From a virus (Duplodnaviria > Caudoviricetes): DNA of 54,020 bases. Numbering within the stretch: the first letter of the stretch is position 1; each line of letters opens with the position of its first letter. The stretch lies in IMG/VR virus record IMGVR_UViG_3300045410_000054, positions 1 through 54,020 of that record; one strand, given 5' to 3'. Both the position numbers and the translations under genes were made by a program. Shown here one piece after another: positions 18,398-26,829 of this stretch. The notes below the pieces were generated by a model that saw only the letters and a program-made list of their open reading frames with translations, did no database searches and had not been told where the DNA came from.

Positions 18398-19772
18398 CCG
18401 GGTCGCGGCCGCCCGGCGCAAGCCGGCGTCCGACGAGGGCCGATTCAGCGCGGACCAGTGGATCGGGGACTACCTGGTCCCCGCGTTCAACTACGGCGGC
18501 GCCAGCTACCCGTACGGCTACGGCTCCGGCGCGTCGCGGACCCGGGAGATCGCGGCGACGCTGCCGGCGTACTCGGCGGCGCTGCAGCGCTGTCCGCCGG
18601 CGTTCGCGGCTCAGATGAAGCGGGCGATGGTGCTGTCCCAGGCCCGGTTCCGGTTCCGGAACCCGCCGTGGCACCCGGCGACGCCGCGTCGCACGTTCGG
18701 GACGTCGGCGCTGCGGCTGCTGGAGCGGCCGTGGCGCAACGCGACCACCGGTGAGCTGCTGTCGCGGATGGAGTGGCACGCGGGCCTGTCCGGCAACGCG
18801 TACGTGACGCGGCAGGTTGACCGGTTGCGGGTGCTGCGGCCGGACTTCGTGGGCGTGGTGTACGGCTCGCAGCGGGAGCCGGACGACCCGATGCACGCGC
18901 TGGACGGCGAGGTCATCGGCTACGCCTACCAGAACGGCGGGATCCGGCCGGACAACAGCTCGCCGCTGGAGACCCTTCTCCCGGGGGATGTGGCGCACTG
19001 GTCGCCGGTGCCGGATCCGGAGTCTCCGGCGATGGGCATCTCCTGGGTGACCGCGGCGCTGCGGGAGATCCAGGGCGACCGCGCCGCGACCGAGCACAAG
19101 CTGAGTTTCTTCGAGAACGGCGCGACGCCGAGCATGGTCGTCAAGGGCATTCCCGCGACGACCGAGGACCAGTTCAACGAGCTGGTGGACATGATGGAGT
19201 CCCGCCACGCCGGGGTCCGCAACGCCTACCGGACGCTGTACTTGACCGCGGGCGCCGACGCGACGGTGGTGGGTGCCGATCTCAAGCAGCTGGACTTCAA
19301 GGCGACCCAGGGCGCCGGCGAGACGCGCATCGCCCTGCTGGGCGGGGTGCCGGCGGTGCTGCTGGGGATCTCCGAGGGGCTGGCCGGTTCGTCGCTGAAC
19401 GCCGGCAACTTCGGCATGGCCAGGCGCATCTTCGCCGACATCTGGCTGTACCCGACCTTGCAGGACGTGGCAGCTGCGCTGTCTCCGGTGGTGGACGTGC
19501 CGGGCGACGCGGAGCTGTGGTTTGACACGGCCGACATCCCGCTGCTGCGGGAGGACGGCAAGGACGCCGCTGACATCGAGGCCGTGAAGGGCTCCACCGT
19601 GACGGCGTACGTCCGGGAGGGCTTCACCGCGGAGTCTGCGGTGAAGGCGGTCAACGCCGGGGACATCACGCTGCTGAAGCACACGGGCAACGTGAGCGTG
19701 CAGCTGCAGCCACCCGGCACGAAGCCGGCCGATCCGAACAGTGGAGGCGACGATGCAGGCACCACCGATTGA
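18375..19772 (+). CDS. portal protein (HK97 family)
   Basis: GNAY, FFENGATP, GVPAVLLG motifs; position. Confidence 0.92.
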   Translation: MAGVGLVDRVAAARRKPASDEGRFSADQWIGDYLVPAFNYGGASYPYGYGSGASRTREIAATLPAYSAALQRCPPAFAAQMKRAMVLSQARFRFRNPPWHPATPRRTFGTSALRLLERPWRNATTGELLSRMEWHAGLSGNAYVTRQVDRLRVLRPDFVGVVYGSQREPDDPMHALDGEVIGYAYQNGGIRPDNSSPLETLLPGDVAHWSPVPDPESPAMGISWVTAALREIQGDRAATEHKLSFFENGATPSMVVKGIPATTEDQFNELVDMMESRHAGVRNAYRTLYLTAGADATVVGADLKQLDFKATQGAGETRIALLGGVPAVLLGISEGLAGSSLNAGNFGMARRIFADIWLYPTLQDVAAALSPVVDVPGDAELWFDTADIPLLREDGKDAADIEAVKGSTVTAYVREGFTAESAVKAVNAGDITLLKHTGNVSVQLQPPGTKPADPNSGGDDAGTTD

Positions 19773-20532
19773 CCTGGTGCGCGGGCTCACGCTCGCGCCG
19801 GTGCTGCGCACCGATGGCGACGGGGACGACGGCCCGCTGGGGACGATGACCGGTTACTTCTCGCAGTTCAACACCTGGTATGAGGTGGACTCGCTGTTTG
19901 AGGGCCGCTTCCTGGAGCAGGTCGCGCCGGGTGCCACCGCGCAGACCATCGCGGAGGACCGCGACTCGATGAGGGTGCTGTTCGACCACGGTTTCGACTC
20001 CATCGGCAACAAGGTTCTGGGGCCGATTGAGACGCTGGAGGAGCGCGCGAAGGGGCCGTACTACGAAGTGCCGCTGTTCGACACGTCCTACAACCGGGAC
20101 CTGCTGCCGGGGCTGCGGGCGGGAGTCTACGGTGCCAGCTTCCGGATGCGGGTGCTGGATGAGTCGTGGGCGGATGAGCCGAAGCCGTCGCGCCGCAACC
20201 CGAAGGGTTGGCCGGAGCGCACGATTCTGCGGGTCAAGGTGATGGAGTTCGGGCCGGTGACGTTCCCGGCCAACCCGAAGGCGTCTGCCGGTGTGCGTTC
20301 CCTGACCGACCCCTACTATGACCGGCTGCGCCAGCGCGACGCGGGTGCCTTCGAGGCCGCGGTACGCGCGGCGGGCCGGTCGATCGAAGACCTCACCGGG
20401 CGACCCGGCGCGCGGAGCGCGGGTGGCGGTGACCACGACGCGGAACCCAGGAAGGGCAACGCGCCGACCGTCATATCCACAAAGCAGCGTCTCGACGACG
20501 GGGCGTTGCGAATGCGAAGGATCAAGCAATGA
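19753..20532 (+). CDS. HK97-family prohead protease
   Basis: VLFDHG, GASFRM, EFGPVTFPA. Confidence 0.9.
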   Translation: MQAPPIDLVRGLTLAPVLRTDGDGDDGPLGTMTGYFSQFNTWYEVDSLFEGRFLEQVAPGATAQTIAEDRDSMRVLFDHGFDSIGNKVLGPIETLEERAKGPYYEVPLFDTSYNRDLLPGLRAGVYGASFRMRVLDESWADEPKPSRRNPKGWPERTILRVKVMEFGPVTFPANPKASAGVRSLTDPYYDRLRQRDAGAFEAAVRAAGRSIEDLTGRPGARSAGGGDHDAEPRKGNAPTVISTKQRLDDGALRMRRIKQ

Positions 20533-22004
20533 CTCAGCCAATCACGATCCTCGAGGATCTCCGCGGGAAGGACGCCGCAGGCCTCGGCGGTGAGGTGCCC
20601 GAAGAGCTGCGTGGCAAGACGCCCGAGGAGCTGCAGGTCTACGTCGAGGTGCTGGACGCCCACCTGCGGGAGCTGCACCAGAGCGACGAGGGCGAACTGC
20701 GGGACAAGACCGACGACGAGCAGGCCGCGTTCGACTACGGCCTGAAGCTGCGAGACATCGCCATCAACCGTCTCGACGAGCACCGGAAGATCCAGGAGAT
20801 TTTCCGGCGCAAGCCGAAGGCGGTGGAGCGGGCTCTGGCCAACATCCGGGACGGACTGGAGACCACCGAGATCCGGCGGCTCACCAACGCGGAGGCCCGG
20901 GACCGGGCGCTGCGGACCCTGGACGGCCGGGACGTGCAGGGGACGCTCTCCCCGTCCGCGCTGGCCCATGTGGAGCGGCAGATCCGCCGGGACCCGGACA
21001 TCAGCCGCCGGATCATCGTGACCGAGAACGACGAGTACCGGAATGCCTGGATGAAGATGGTGACTCAGGCTCACCCGCGGCTCACCGACGACGAGCGGCG
21101 TGCGATGGACGCGTACGACGAGTACCGGGCGATGTCGCTGTCGGACACCGCCGGCGGGTTCGGAGTTCCGGTGTTCATCGACCCGTCGATCATCCTGACC
21201 GACCAGGAGTCCGGGAACCCGTTCCTGGAGATCTGCCGGCAGGTGACCATCGGCACCGACGAGTGGAAGGGTGTCAGCGCGGCCGGGGTGACCTGGCAGT
21301 TCCAGGCCGAGGCCGCTGAGGTGACCGACAACAGCCCGACCCTGGCCCAGCCGACGGTGCCGCTCCACACCGCGCGCGGGTTCATCCCGTACAGCCTGGA
21401 GATCGGGATGGACTACCCGATGTTCGCGGCGGAGATGGGCCGGCTTCTCAGCGAGGGCTATGACGAGCTGCTGGTGGACAAGTTCAGCCGAGGCAGCGGC
21501 AACGGCGAGCCCACCGGCATCATCACGGCCATCGACGCCACCGCGGGCAGCGAGGTCGCGTCGACCACCGACGGCGGGTTCGGCCAGGAAGACATCTACG
21601 CGGTGTGGAAGGCGCTGCCTCAGAAGTACCGGCGGCGGGCCGCGTGGATGATGTCGGTGGACATCAACAACCGGATCCGGCAGTTCGGCACCGCGAACGT
21701 GTTCCACGCGTTCACCGAGAACCTTCCTTCGGAGTGGGCGGACACCCTGTTCGGGAAGCGGGTCTACGAGTCGCCGTACTTCCCGGACTTCGTCGACACC
21801 ACGGGCAAGACCAACCGCCTGGTCGTGGGTGACTGGTCCAACTATGTGATCGCCCGCCGGGGCGGCATGAGCGTGGAGCTGGTGCCGCACCTGTTCGGGA
21901 CGACCACGAATCGGCCGACCGGCCAGCGCGGCTGGTTCGCCTGGGCGCGGATCGGTGGCGATTCGGTCAACGATGCGGCCTTTAGGCTTTTGCAGAACCA
22001 GTGA
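20529..22004 (+). CDS. major capsid protein (HK97 fold, N-terminal delta domain)
   Basis: GGFGVP, GSGNGEPTGI, GDWSNY, GQRGWFAWARIGG. Confidence 0.93.
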   Translation: MTQPITILEDLRGKDAAGLGGEVPEELRGKTPEELQVYVEVLDAHLRELHQSDEGELRDKTDDEQAAFDYGLKLRDIAINRLDEHRKIQEIFRRKPKAVERALANIRDGLETTEIRRLTNAEARDRALRTLDGRDVQGTLSPSALAHVERQIRRDPDISRRIIVTENDEYRNAWMKMVTQAHPRLTDDERRAMDAYDEYRAMSLSDTAGGFGVPVFIDPSIILTDQESGNPFLEICRQVTIGTDEWKGVSAAGVTWQFQAEAAEVTDNSPTLAQPTVPLHTARGFIPYSLEIGMDYPMFAAEMGRLLSEGYDELLVDKFSRGSGNGEPTGIITAIDATAGSEVASTTDGGFGQEDIYAVWKALPQKYRRRAAWMMSVDINNRIRQFGTANVFHAFTENLPSEWADTLFGKRVYESPYFPDFVDTTGKTNRLVVGDWSNYVIARRGGMSVELVPHLFGTTTNRPTGQRGWFAWARIGGDSVNDAAFRLLQNQ

Positions 22005-22008
22005 TCTC

Positions 22009-22049
22009 CTCAGGTGACGCACCGAGGGCCTCTCGGTGCGTCGCCTGAG
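22009..22049 (+). terminator. strong hairpin after the capsid gene
   Basis: CTCAGGTGACGCACCGAG-ggcct-CTCGGTGCGTCGCCTGAG. Confidence 0.7.
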
Positions 22050-22081
22050 CCTGAATCAGAGGGGCATAAGGAGTTACTTCA

Positions 22082-22429
22082 ATGGACATCGTGTATGCCA
22101 AATTCACCACGTGGGTAACGCCTGCGGTGCAAATCGTCGAGGGTGAAGCGTGGCGGGCAGATGACCCGATTGTGCGCCGGCGCCCAGACTGGTTCCAGAA
22201 GCTGCCGAAGGTCGTCCGGACCACCCTGCCGCGACATCTGCGGGACGTCGTGGTGGAGCAGGCGACCGCCGCACCGGGCGAGGTGCGCGTCACCAAGCCG
22301 AGGGTCGACCAGGCGAGCGAGGAGGTCGAGTCGCTGCGTACCCAGCTGCTCGGGCTGGGCGTCAAGGTCGATGGCCGGTGGAGCCTGGTCCGGCTCCGCG
22401 AGGAAGTCGCGAAGGCGACCGCCGCGTGA
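22082..22429 (+). CDS. hypothetical head-associated protein
   Basis: AGGAG RBS; C-terminal LGVKVDGRWS helical motif. Confidence 0.65.
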   Translation: MDIVYAKFTTWVTPAVQIVEGEAWRADDPIVRRRPDWFQKLPKVVRTTLPRHLRDVVVEQATAAPGEVRVTKPRVDQASEEVESLRTQLLGLGVKVDGRWSLVRLREEVAKATAA

Positions 22430-23790
22430 ACGACCTGGTTACCGTCGCCTATCTGCATTCGGATGAGGTGGCCCACTCCTGGCATCAGAGCCTGATGGAG
22501 ATGGTGGCCTGGGACTTTGCCCACCACGGCCGGATCCTCCGCGGCGGGTGGCTGGCGATGAGCTGCGGCACCGGCGGACTGGTGGAGGCGCGTAACCAGG
22601 TGGCGCGCCAGTTCCTGGGTGAGCGGGACGCGGATTGGCTGCTATGGGTGGACACCGACATGGGCCTGGCGCCGGATACGGTCGACTGCCTCATGGAGGC
22701 TGCTGACCCGGTTGAGCGGCCGGTTGTCGGTGGCCTGTGCTTCGCGCAGAAGGATGTGGATGCGGACGGGCTCGGCGGCTACCGCTGCGAGCCGCGTCCC
22801 ACCATCTTCGACTGGGTCCAGGACGGCGAGGCTGGCACCTTCGTGGGCCGGACGACCTACCCGGTCAACACGGTGGTTCGGTGCCACGGCACCGGCTCGG
22901 CGTGCATCCTGATCCACCGGTCGGTGCTGCAGCGCATCGCCGACGAGTTCGGGCCGACCTGGTATGACCGGATCCCGAACCGGGCGCGGGGTGGGCTGTT
23001 CGGTGAAGACCTGTCGTTCTGTGCGCGGGTGCAGGCGTTGTCGATTCCGCTGTTCGTGCACACCGGCGTGAAGACCAGCCACATGAAGCATCTGTGGCTG
23101 CAGGAGGCGGACTACTGGTCCTGGGCGCAGGCCCCGCCGGCGACCGAGCCGGCGGCGGTGCTGGTGCCCGCGATCCGGTACACCCACGCCCAGCGGTTCG
23201 TGGACTCGCTACGCGCGTCGACCGGGCTGGCCCGGGTGTACGCGGTGGCCCGCCCGGATGAGACCGAGGCGGCCGCCGCGTGGAAGGCGGCCGGAGCCGA
23301 GGTGCTGGTCGGCGATGGCGCCACGTTCGCGCAGCGGATCAACGACGGCTACCGGCAGACGGCCGAGCCGTGGATGCTGGTGACCGGTGATGACGTGCTG
23401 TTCCGGCCCGGCTGGCTGGATCATGCCCAGGCGCTCGCCGGCGACCGCCACCACGTGGTGGGCACGAACGACCTGGCCAACCAGCGGGTGACGGCTGGCC
23501 ACCACGCAACTCATATGCTGGTCCGCCGGTCGTACGTGGACGAGGTTGGTGCCGGGTGGGATGGTCCGGGTGTGCTGTGCCACGAGGGCTACCGGCACTG
23601 GTTCGTCGATGACGAGATCGTGACCGCGGCGAAGCAGCGCGGGGTGTGGGCGATGGCGCTGGGAAGCGTGGTCGAGCACATGCACCCGATCGTCGGCAAG
23701 GCCCCGGATGACGATGTCTACCGGCAGGGTCGAGAGTCGATGCAGGCCGATCGGGATCTGTTCGCCGTGCGGCTGGCTGCCAATGCTTGA
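22426..23790 (+). CDS. two-domain GT-A (GT2-like) glycosyltransferase
   Basis: ARN...WVDTDM...GEDLSFC in domain 1; IN.G...GDDV...VDDE in domain 2. Confidence 0.85.
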   Translation: MNDLVTVAYLHSDEVAHSWHQSLMEMVAWDFAHHGRILRGGWLAMSCGTGGLVEARNQVARQFLGERDADWLLWVDTDMGLAPDTVDCLMEAADPVERPVVGGLCFAQKDVDADGLGGYRCEPRPTIFDWVQDGEAGTFVGRTTYPVNTVVRCHGTGSACILIHRSVLQRIADEFGPTWYDRIPNRARGGLFGEDLSFCARVQALSIPLFVHTGVKTSHMKHLWLQEADYWSWAQAPPATEPAAVLVPAIRYTHAQRFVDSLRASTGLARVYAVARPDETEAAAAWKAAGAEVLVGDGATFAQRINDGYRQTAEPWMLVTGDDVLFRPGWLDHAQALAGDRHHVVGTNDLANQRVTAGHHATHMLVRRSYVDEVGAGWDGPGVLCHEGYRHWFVDDEIVTAAKQRGVWAMALGSVVEHMHPIVGKAPDDDVYRQGRESMQADRDLFAVRLAANA

Positions 23791-24415
23791 CCGGGTCGAG
23801 CTTGACCGGCGGATCGCTTCGGTGGACGTACCGGCGCCTCACGAGCCGTGGCACATCACCACGTTCGTGGACGCGGTGCTCGAGAACCCGGTGCCGGGTG
23901 CGCTGGTGGAGTGCGGCGCCTACCAGGGTGTCTCCGCGGCGAAGTGGTCGCACCTGGCGGACATGCTCCACCGGAAGCTGGTCGTGTGCGACAGCTTCCG
24001 CGGGCTGCCACTGAACAGTGAGCCTCACGACCTGAGCACCGACGGCCGGTCGATCGCGGGCACGTTCGGTGGTGGCGCCTACGCCGGTTCGCTGGCCGAG
24101 GTCCAGGCCACCGTCGAGCGGTACGGCGTGCCCGAGGTGGTCACCTACCTGCCGGGCTGGTTCGCGGATACGTTGCCTCACCTGGTTGAGCCGGTCGCTG
24201 CGGCGTACGTGGACGTGGACCTGGCCGCCAGCGCCGCCACCTGCCTGACCTATCTGTGGCCGCTGGTCAGCCCGGGCGGCTGCATTGTCAGCCAGGACGG
24301 CGACTTTCCGCTGACGCTCGCCGCGATGCGGGCGTGGATGGATGCGGCAGACCCGGCGCCGAAGGTCGAAGGGCTCGGCGAGTCGAAGATGGTGACGTTC
24401 CGGCGGCCGTTGTGA
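23783..24415 (+). CDS. TylF/NovP-family sugar O-methyltransferase
   Basis: VECGAYQG, DSFRGLP, GWFADTLP, VDVDL, PGG. Confidence 0.85.
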   Translation: MLDRVELDRRIASVDVPAPHEPWHITTFVDAVLENPVPGALVECGAYQGVSAAKWSHLADMLHRKLVVCDSFRGLPLNSEPHDLSTDGRSIAGTFGGGAYAGSLAEVQATVERYGVPEVVTYLPGWFADTLPHLVEPVAAAYVDVDLAASAATCLTYLWPLVSPGGCIVSQDGDFPLTLAAMRAWMDAADPAPKVEGLGESKMVTFRRPL

Positions 24416-24918
24416 TGCCGCCGCACGCCACCGAGGTGCTGGCCGCCGGTGCGGACCTGCTCGACAGCCTGGACCTGTGGTGGTGGCTGTCGGCCGGGAC
24501 GGCGCTGGGGCTGGTCCGCGACGGCCGGCTGATCCCGCATGACACGGATCTGGATGTGGGTGTGCTGGACGACCCGCCGGGGGTGCTGGACCGGGTCCAT
24601 CTGGCGTTCGCCGCCGCCGGGTGGCAGTCGGTGCGGACGATGCCGTACCAGCGCGCCTACACGTCCCGGGCCGTGATCCTGGACGCCTACGCCTACCGGC
24701 GCAACGGGGACCAGCTGGTTGCCGACACCGACTGCGGCCGGCTGATCAAGCCGGCGCGGTTGTTCGACCGGCTGACCCAGCTCGAGTTCGCCGGCCGGTG
24801 CTACCCGCTGCCGTCGCCGCCGGCCGAGTACCTCGAGGTTCGGTACGGCCCGGGCTGGCGGACGCCGACCACAGCGAAGGGTCCGTGGCAGGCCGAGACG
24901 GCGGCGCTGCTGCGATGA
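24415..24918 (+). CDS. LicD/fukutin-family phosphotransferase
   Basis: AGTALGLVRDGRLIPHDTDLDVG and YLEVRYGPGWRTP. Confidence 0.85.
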   Translation: MPPHATEVLAAGADLLDSLDLWWWLSAGTALGLVRDGRLIPHDTDLDVGVLDDPPGVLDRVHLAFAAAGWQSVRTMPYQRAYTSRAVILDAYAYRRNGDQLVADTDCGRLIKPARLFDRLTQLEFAGRCYPLPSPPAEYLEVRYGPGWRTPTTAKGPWQAETAALLR

Positions 24919-25520
24919 TCTCTTGGATTGTGGCCAGCCACCGCCCGGAGGTGCTGGCCGCGAACCTCGGCGAGACGCTGGTGCTGCAGGGCGCCGATGA
25001 GCTGGTGGTGGTGGAGAACGCCGGGTCGATCGCCGCCGCGTACAACGCCGGCCAGGCCCGGGCGACGCAGCCGATCCGCTGCTACGTGCATCAGGACGTG
25101 CGGCTGGACGCGGCGAAGCTGCGGGCGGAGTTGCTGGAGCACTGCCGCCCGGAGGTGGGCATGGTCGGGGTGGTCGGCTCCCGGGAGCTGGCGCTGCCGT
25201 GGTGGGACGGCACCTGCTGCGGCTCGGTGCGCGACGCGCGGCTCGGGCTGCTGGACTTCGGCCCGGGTGGCCAGTGCGCCTACCTGGACGGGCTGCTGCT
25301 GGCCACGGCGCAGACGCTCGAGTGGGATGAGGGCTATCCCGGGTGGCATCTGTACGACCACGACGTGTGTGCTCAGATGCTCGCCCGGGGGCTGCGCAAC
25401 GTGTGCATCGACGGCGGGGCGGACATGGTGCTGCACAACACGTCCGGGCCGACCGACGTGACCCGGCTGAACGGCTGGGACGCCGGGCTGGCCAGGTTCC
25501 GGGGCAAGTGGCCGGCGTGA
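24915..25520 (+). CDS. GT2-like glycosyltransferase
   Basis: AAAYN.G, YVHQDV, LDGLLLA, WHLYDHDVC. Confidence 0.8.
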   Translation: MISWIVASHRPEVLAANLGETLVLQGADELVVVENAGSIAAAYNAGQARATQPIRCYVHQDVRLDAAKLRAELLEHCRPEVGMVGVVGSRELALPWWDGTCCGSVRDARLGLLDFGPGGQCAYLDGLLLATAQTLEWDEGYPGWHLYDHDVCAQMLARGLRNVCIDGGADMVLHNTSGPTDVTRLNGWDAGLARFRGKWPA

Positions 25521-25705
25521 CCGGCCGGTGGGCGGCGGTAGCCGATCCGGACCTGGGTGGGCTGCGGTGGCCGCTGCGGCTGCGTTGCCGCCCACCGGAT
25601 CCGCCGACGATGGCCGGGTGCCATCCGCAGCGGCGGCATGTGGCCCGGGGCATGTGCATGGCCTGCTATCAGCGCTGGTGGAGGAGGCAGGCGGGCGATG
25701 GCTGA
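25517..25705 (+). CDS. small zinc-binding protein
   Basis: CHP..RH.ARGMCMACY. Confidence 0.5.
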   Translation: MTGRWAAVADPDLGGLRWPLRLRCRPPDPPTMAGCHPQRRHVARGMCMACYQRWWRRQAGDG

Positions 25706-26042
25706 CGGTATCCGCATCCAACCGCAGCCGGCGCGGCTGCGCGCTGAGGGGATCGGCTCGGTCGCCGGCCGGTTGTTCATCGTCCGGGACGTGACCCGCC
25801 CGTTGCCAGCGGACCCGCACCGGCCAGCCTGCCGGCTGTGTGGCCATCCGCACACCTGCAAGACGTACCACTTGCAGCTCGACGCCGACGGCACGGTGAT
25901 CGTGTCGACCACGATCTGGGAGAACATGCAGCGGCTGTACGACCACGGCGGCTTCGAGCCGGTCAACGTTGTCGCCGAGCCGCCGGCCCAAGGGCTGATC
26001 GTTCCACCTGCGCGGGTGCGGATCGCACCCGCCGAAATGTAG
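25698..26042 (+). CDS. hypothetical protein
   Basis: GGAGG RBS; CRLC..H..KTYHL. Confidence 0.6.
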   Translation: MADGIRIQPQPARLRAEGIGSVAGRLFIVRDVTRPLPADPHRPACRLCGHPHTCKTYHLQLDADGTVIVSTTIWENMQRLYDHGGFEPVNVVAEPPAQGLIVPPARVRIAPAEM

Positions 26043-26053
26043 GGAGTGACCTG

Positions 26054-26473
26054 ATGGCCACTATCGTCCACACTGACTGGCTCAACGGGATGCTCGGCGC
26101 CCCCACCCATTCGGTGATCGACTTCAACACCGACAACATCGACGCGAGTCTGCTGGATGAGACCGACGCGGGCACGATCACCGCGGCCAACGTCGACTAC
26201 GACGAGGTAGACGCCGCCGATGTGGTGGCCACCGAGGATGTGGCGGTGACGTCGATCACCGGCGGAGTGGTGACACTCACCGGCGCGATCACGTTCTCGG
26301 CGGTGACCGGCGACGGGGCTGACTACCTGACGGTGTGGAAGAACTCAGGCGACCCGACCACGTCGCCGTTGGCGATCACCTGGGACTCGGCCAGCACCGG
26401 CCTGCCGGTGACGCCCAACGGCGGCGACATCACGGCCACCTGGGGCAGCAACATCCTCGTCACGCTCGCCTGA
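26054..26473 (+). CDS. probable virion structural protein
   Basis: Beta-rich; LPVTPNGGDIT..W motif. Confidence 0.7.
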   Translation: MATIVHTDWLNGMLGAPTHSVIDFNTDNIDASLLDETDAGTITAANVDYDEVDAADVVATEDVAVTSITGGVVTLTGAITFSAVTGDGADYLTVWKNSGDPTTSPLAITWDSASTGLPVTPNGGDITATWGSNILVTLA

Positions 26474-26521
26474 TCGGCGGGCGACCTCAATCTGATCGTC
26501 TGACCGTCCGAGGAGGATGGC

Positions 26522-26818
26522 ATGGCAGCAGGGTACGCGGCTCTGACGACGAAGGACCAGGTCAACCAGACCATCGGCCGGATCGCGGTGCAGCTCCGGG
26601 AGCTGTTCGACGACGTCGAGCAGTTCAACGCGTTCTTTCAGGCGCGGGGGGCGACCGGGCTGGAGACGGAGTTTGGCTTCACGAGCGCCGATGCGAACCT
26701 GATCGGCACGGTGAACAACGACTTCGAGCAGCTACGGCAGATCTACCTGGGCGCCCAGGCGCTCGCGTCGGCGAAGAACTTCCGCACATTCTCCGACGAC
26801 GTCGAGGGTCTGCGGTAG
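26522..26818 (+). CDS. hypothetical virion-region protein
   Basis: GAGGAGG RBS, helical. Confidence 0.65.
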   Translation: MAAGYAALTTKDQVNQTIGRIAVQLRELFDDVEQFNAFFQARGATGLETEFGFTSADANLIGTVNNDFEQLRQIYLGAQALASAKNFRTFSDDVEGLR

Positions 26819-26829
26819 GGGCCTGACCG

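Noticed and set aside
17316-19811. Long antisense ORFs (831 aa here, also 20316-22022 and 46463-48160)
   Set aside because: Shadow frames of real genes in very high-GC DNA; Arg/Pro/Gly-rich without motifs
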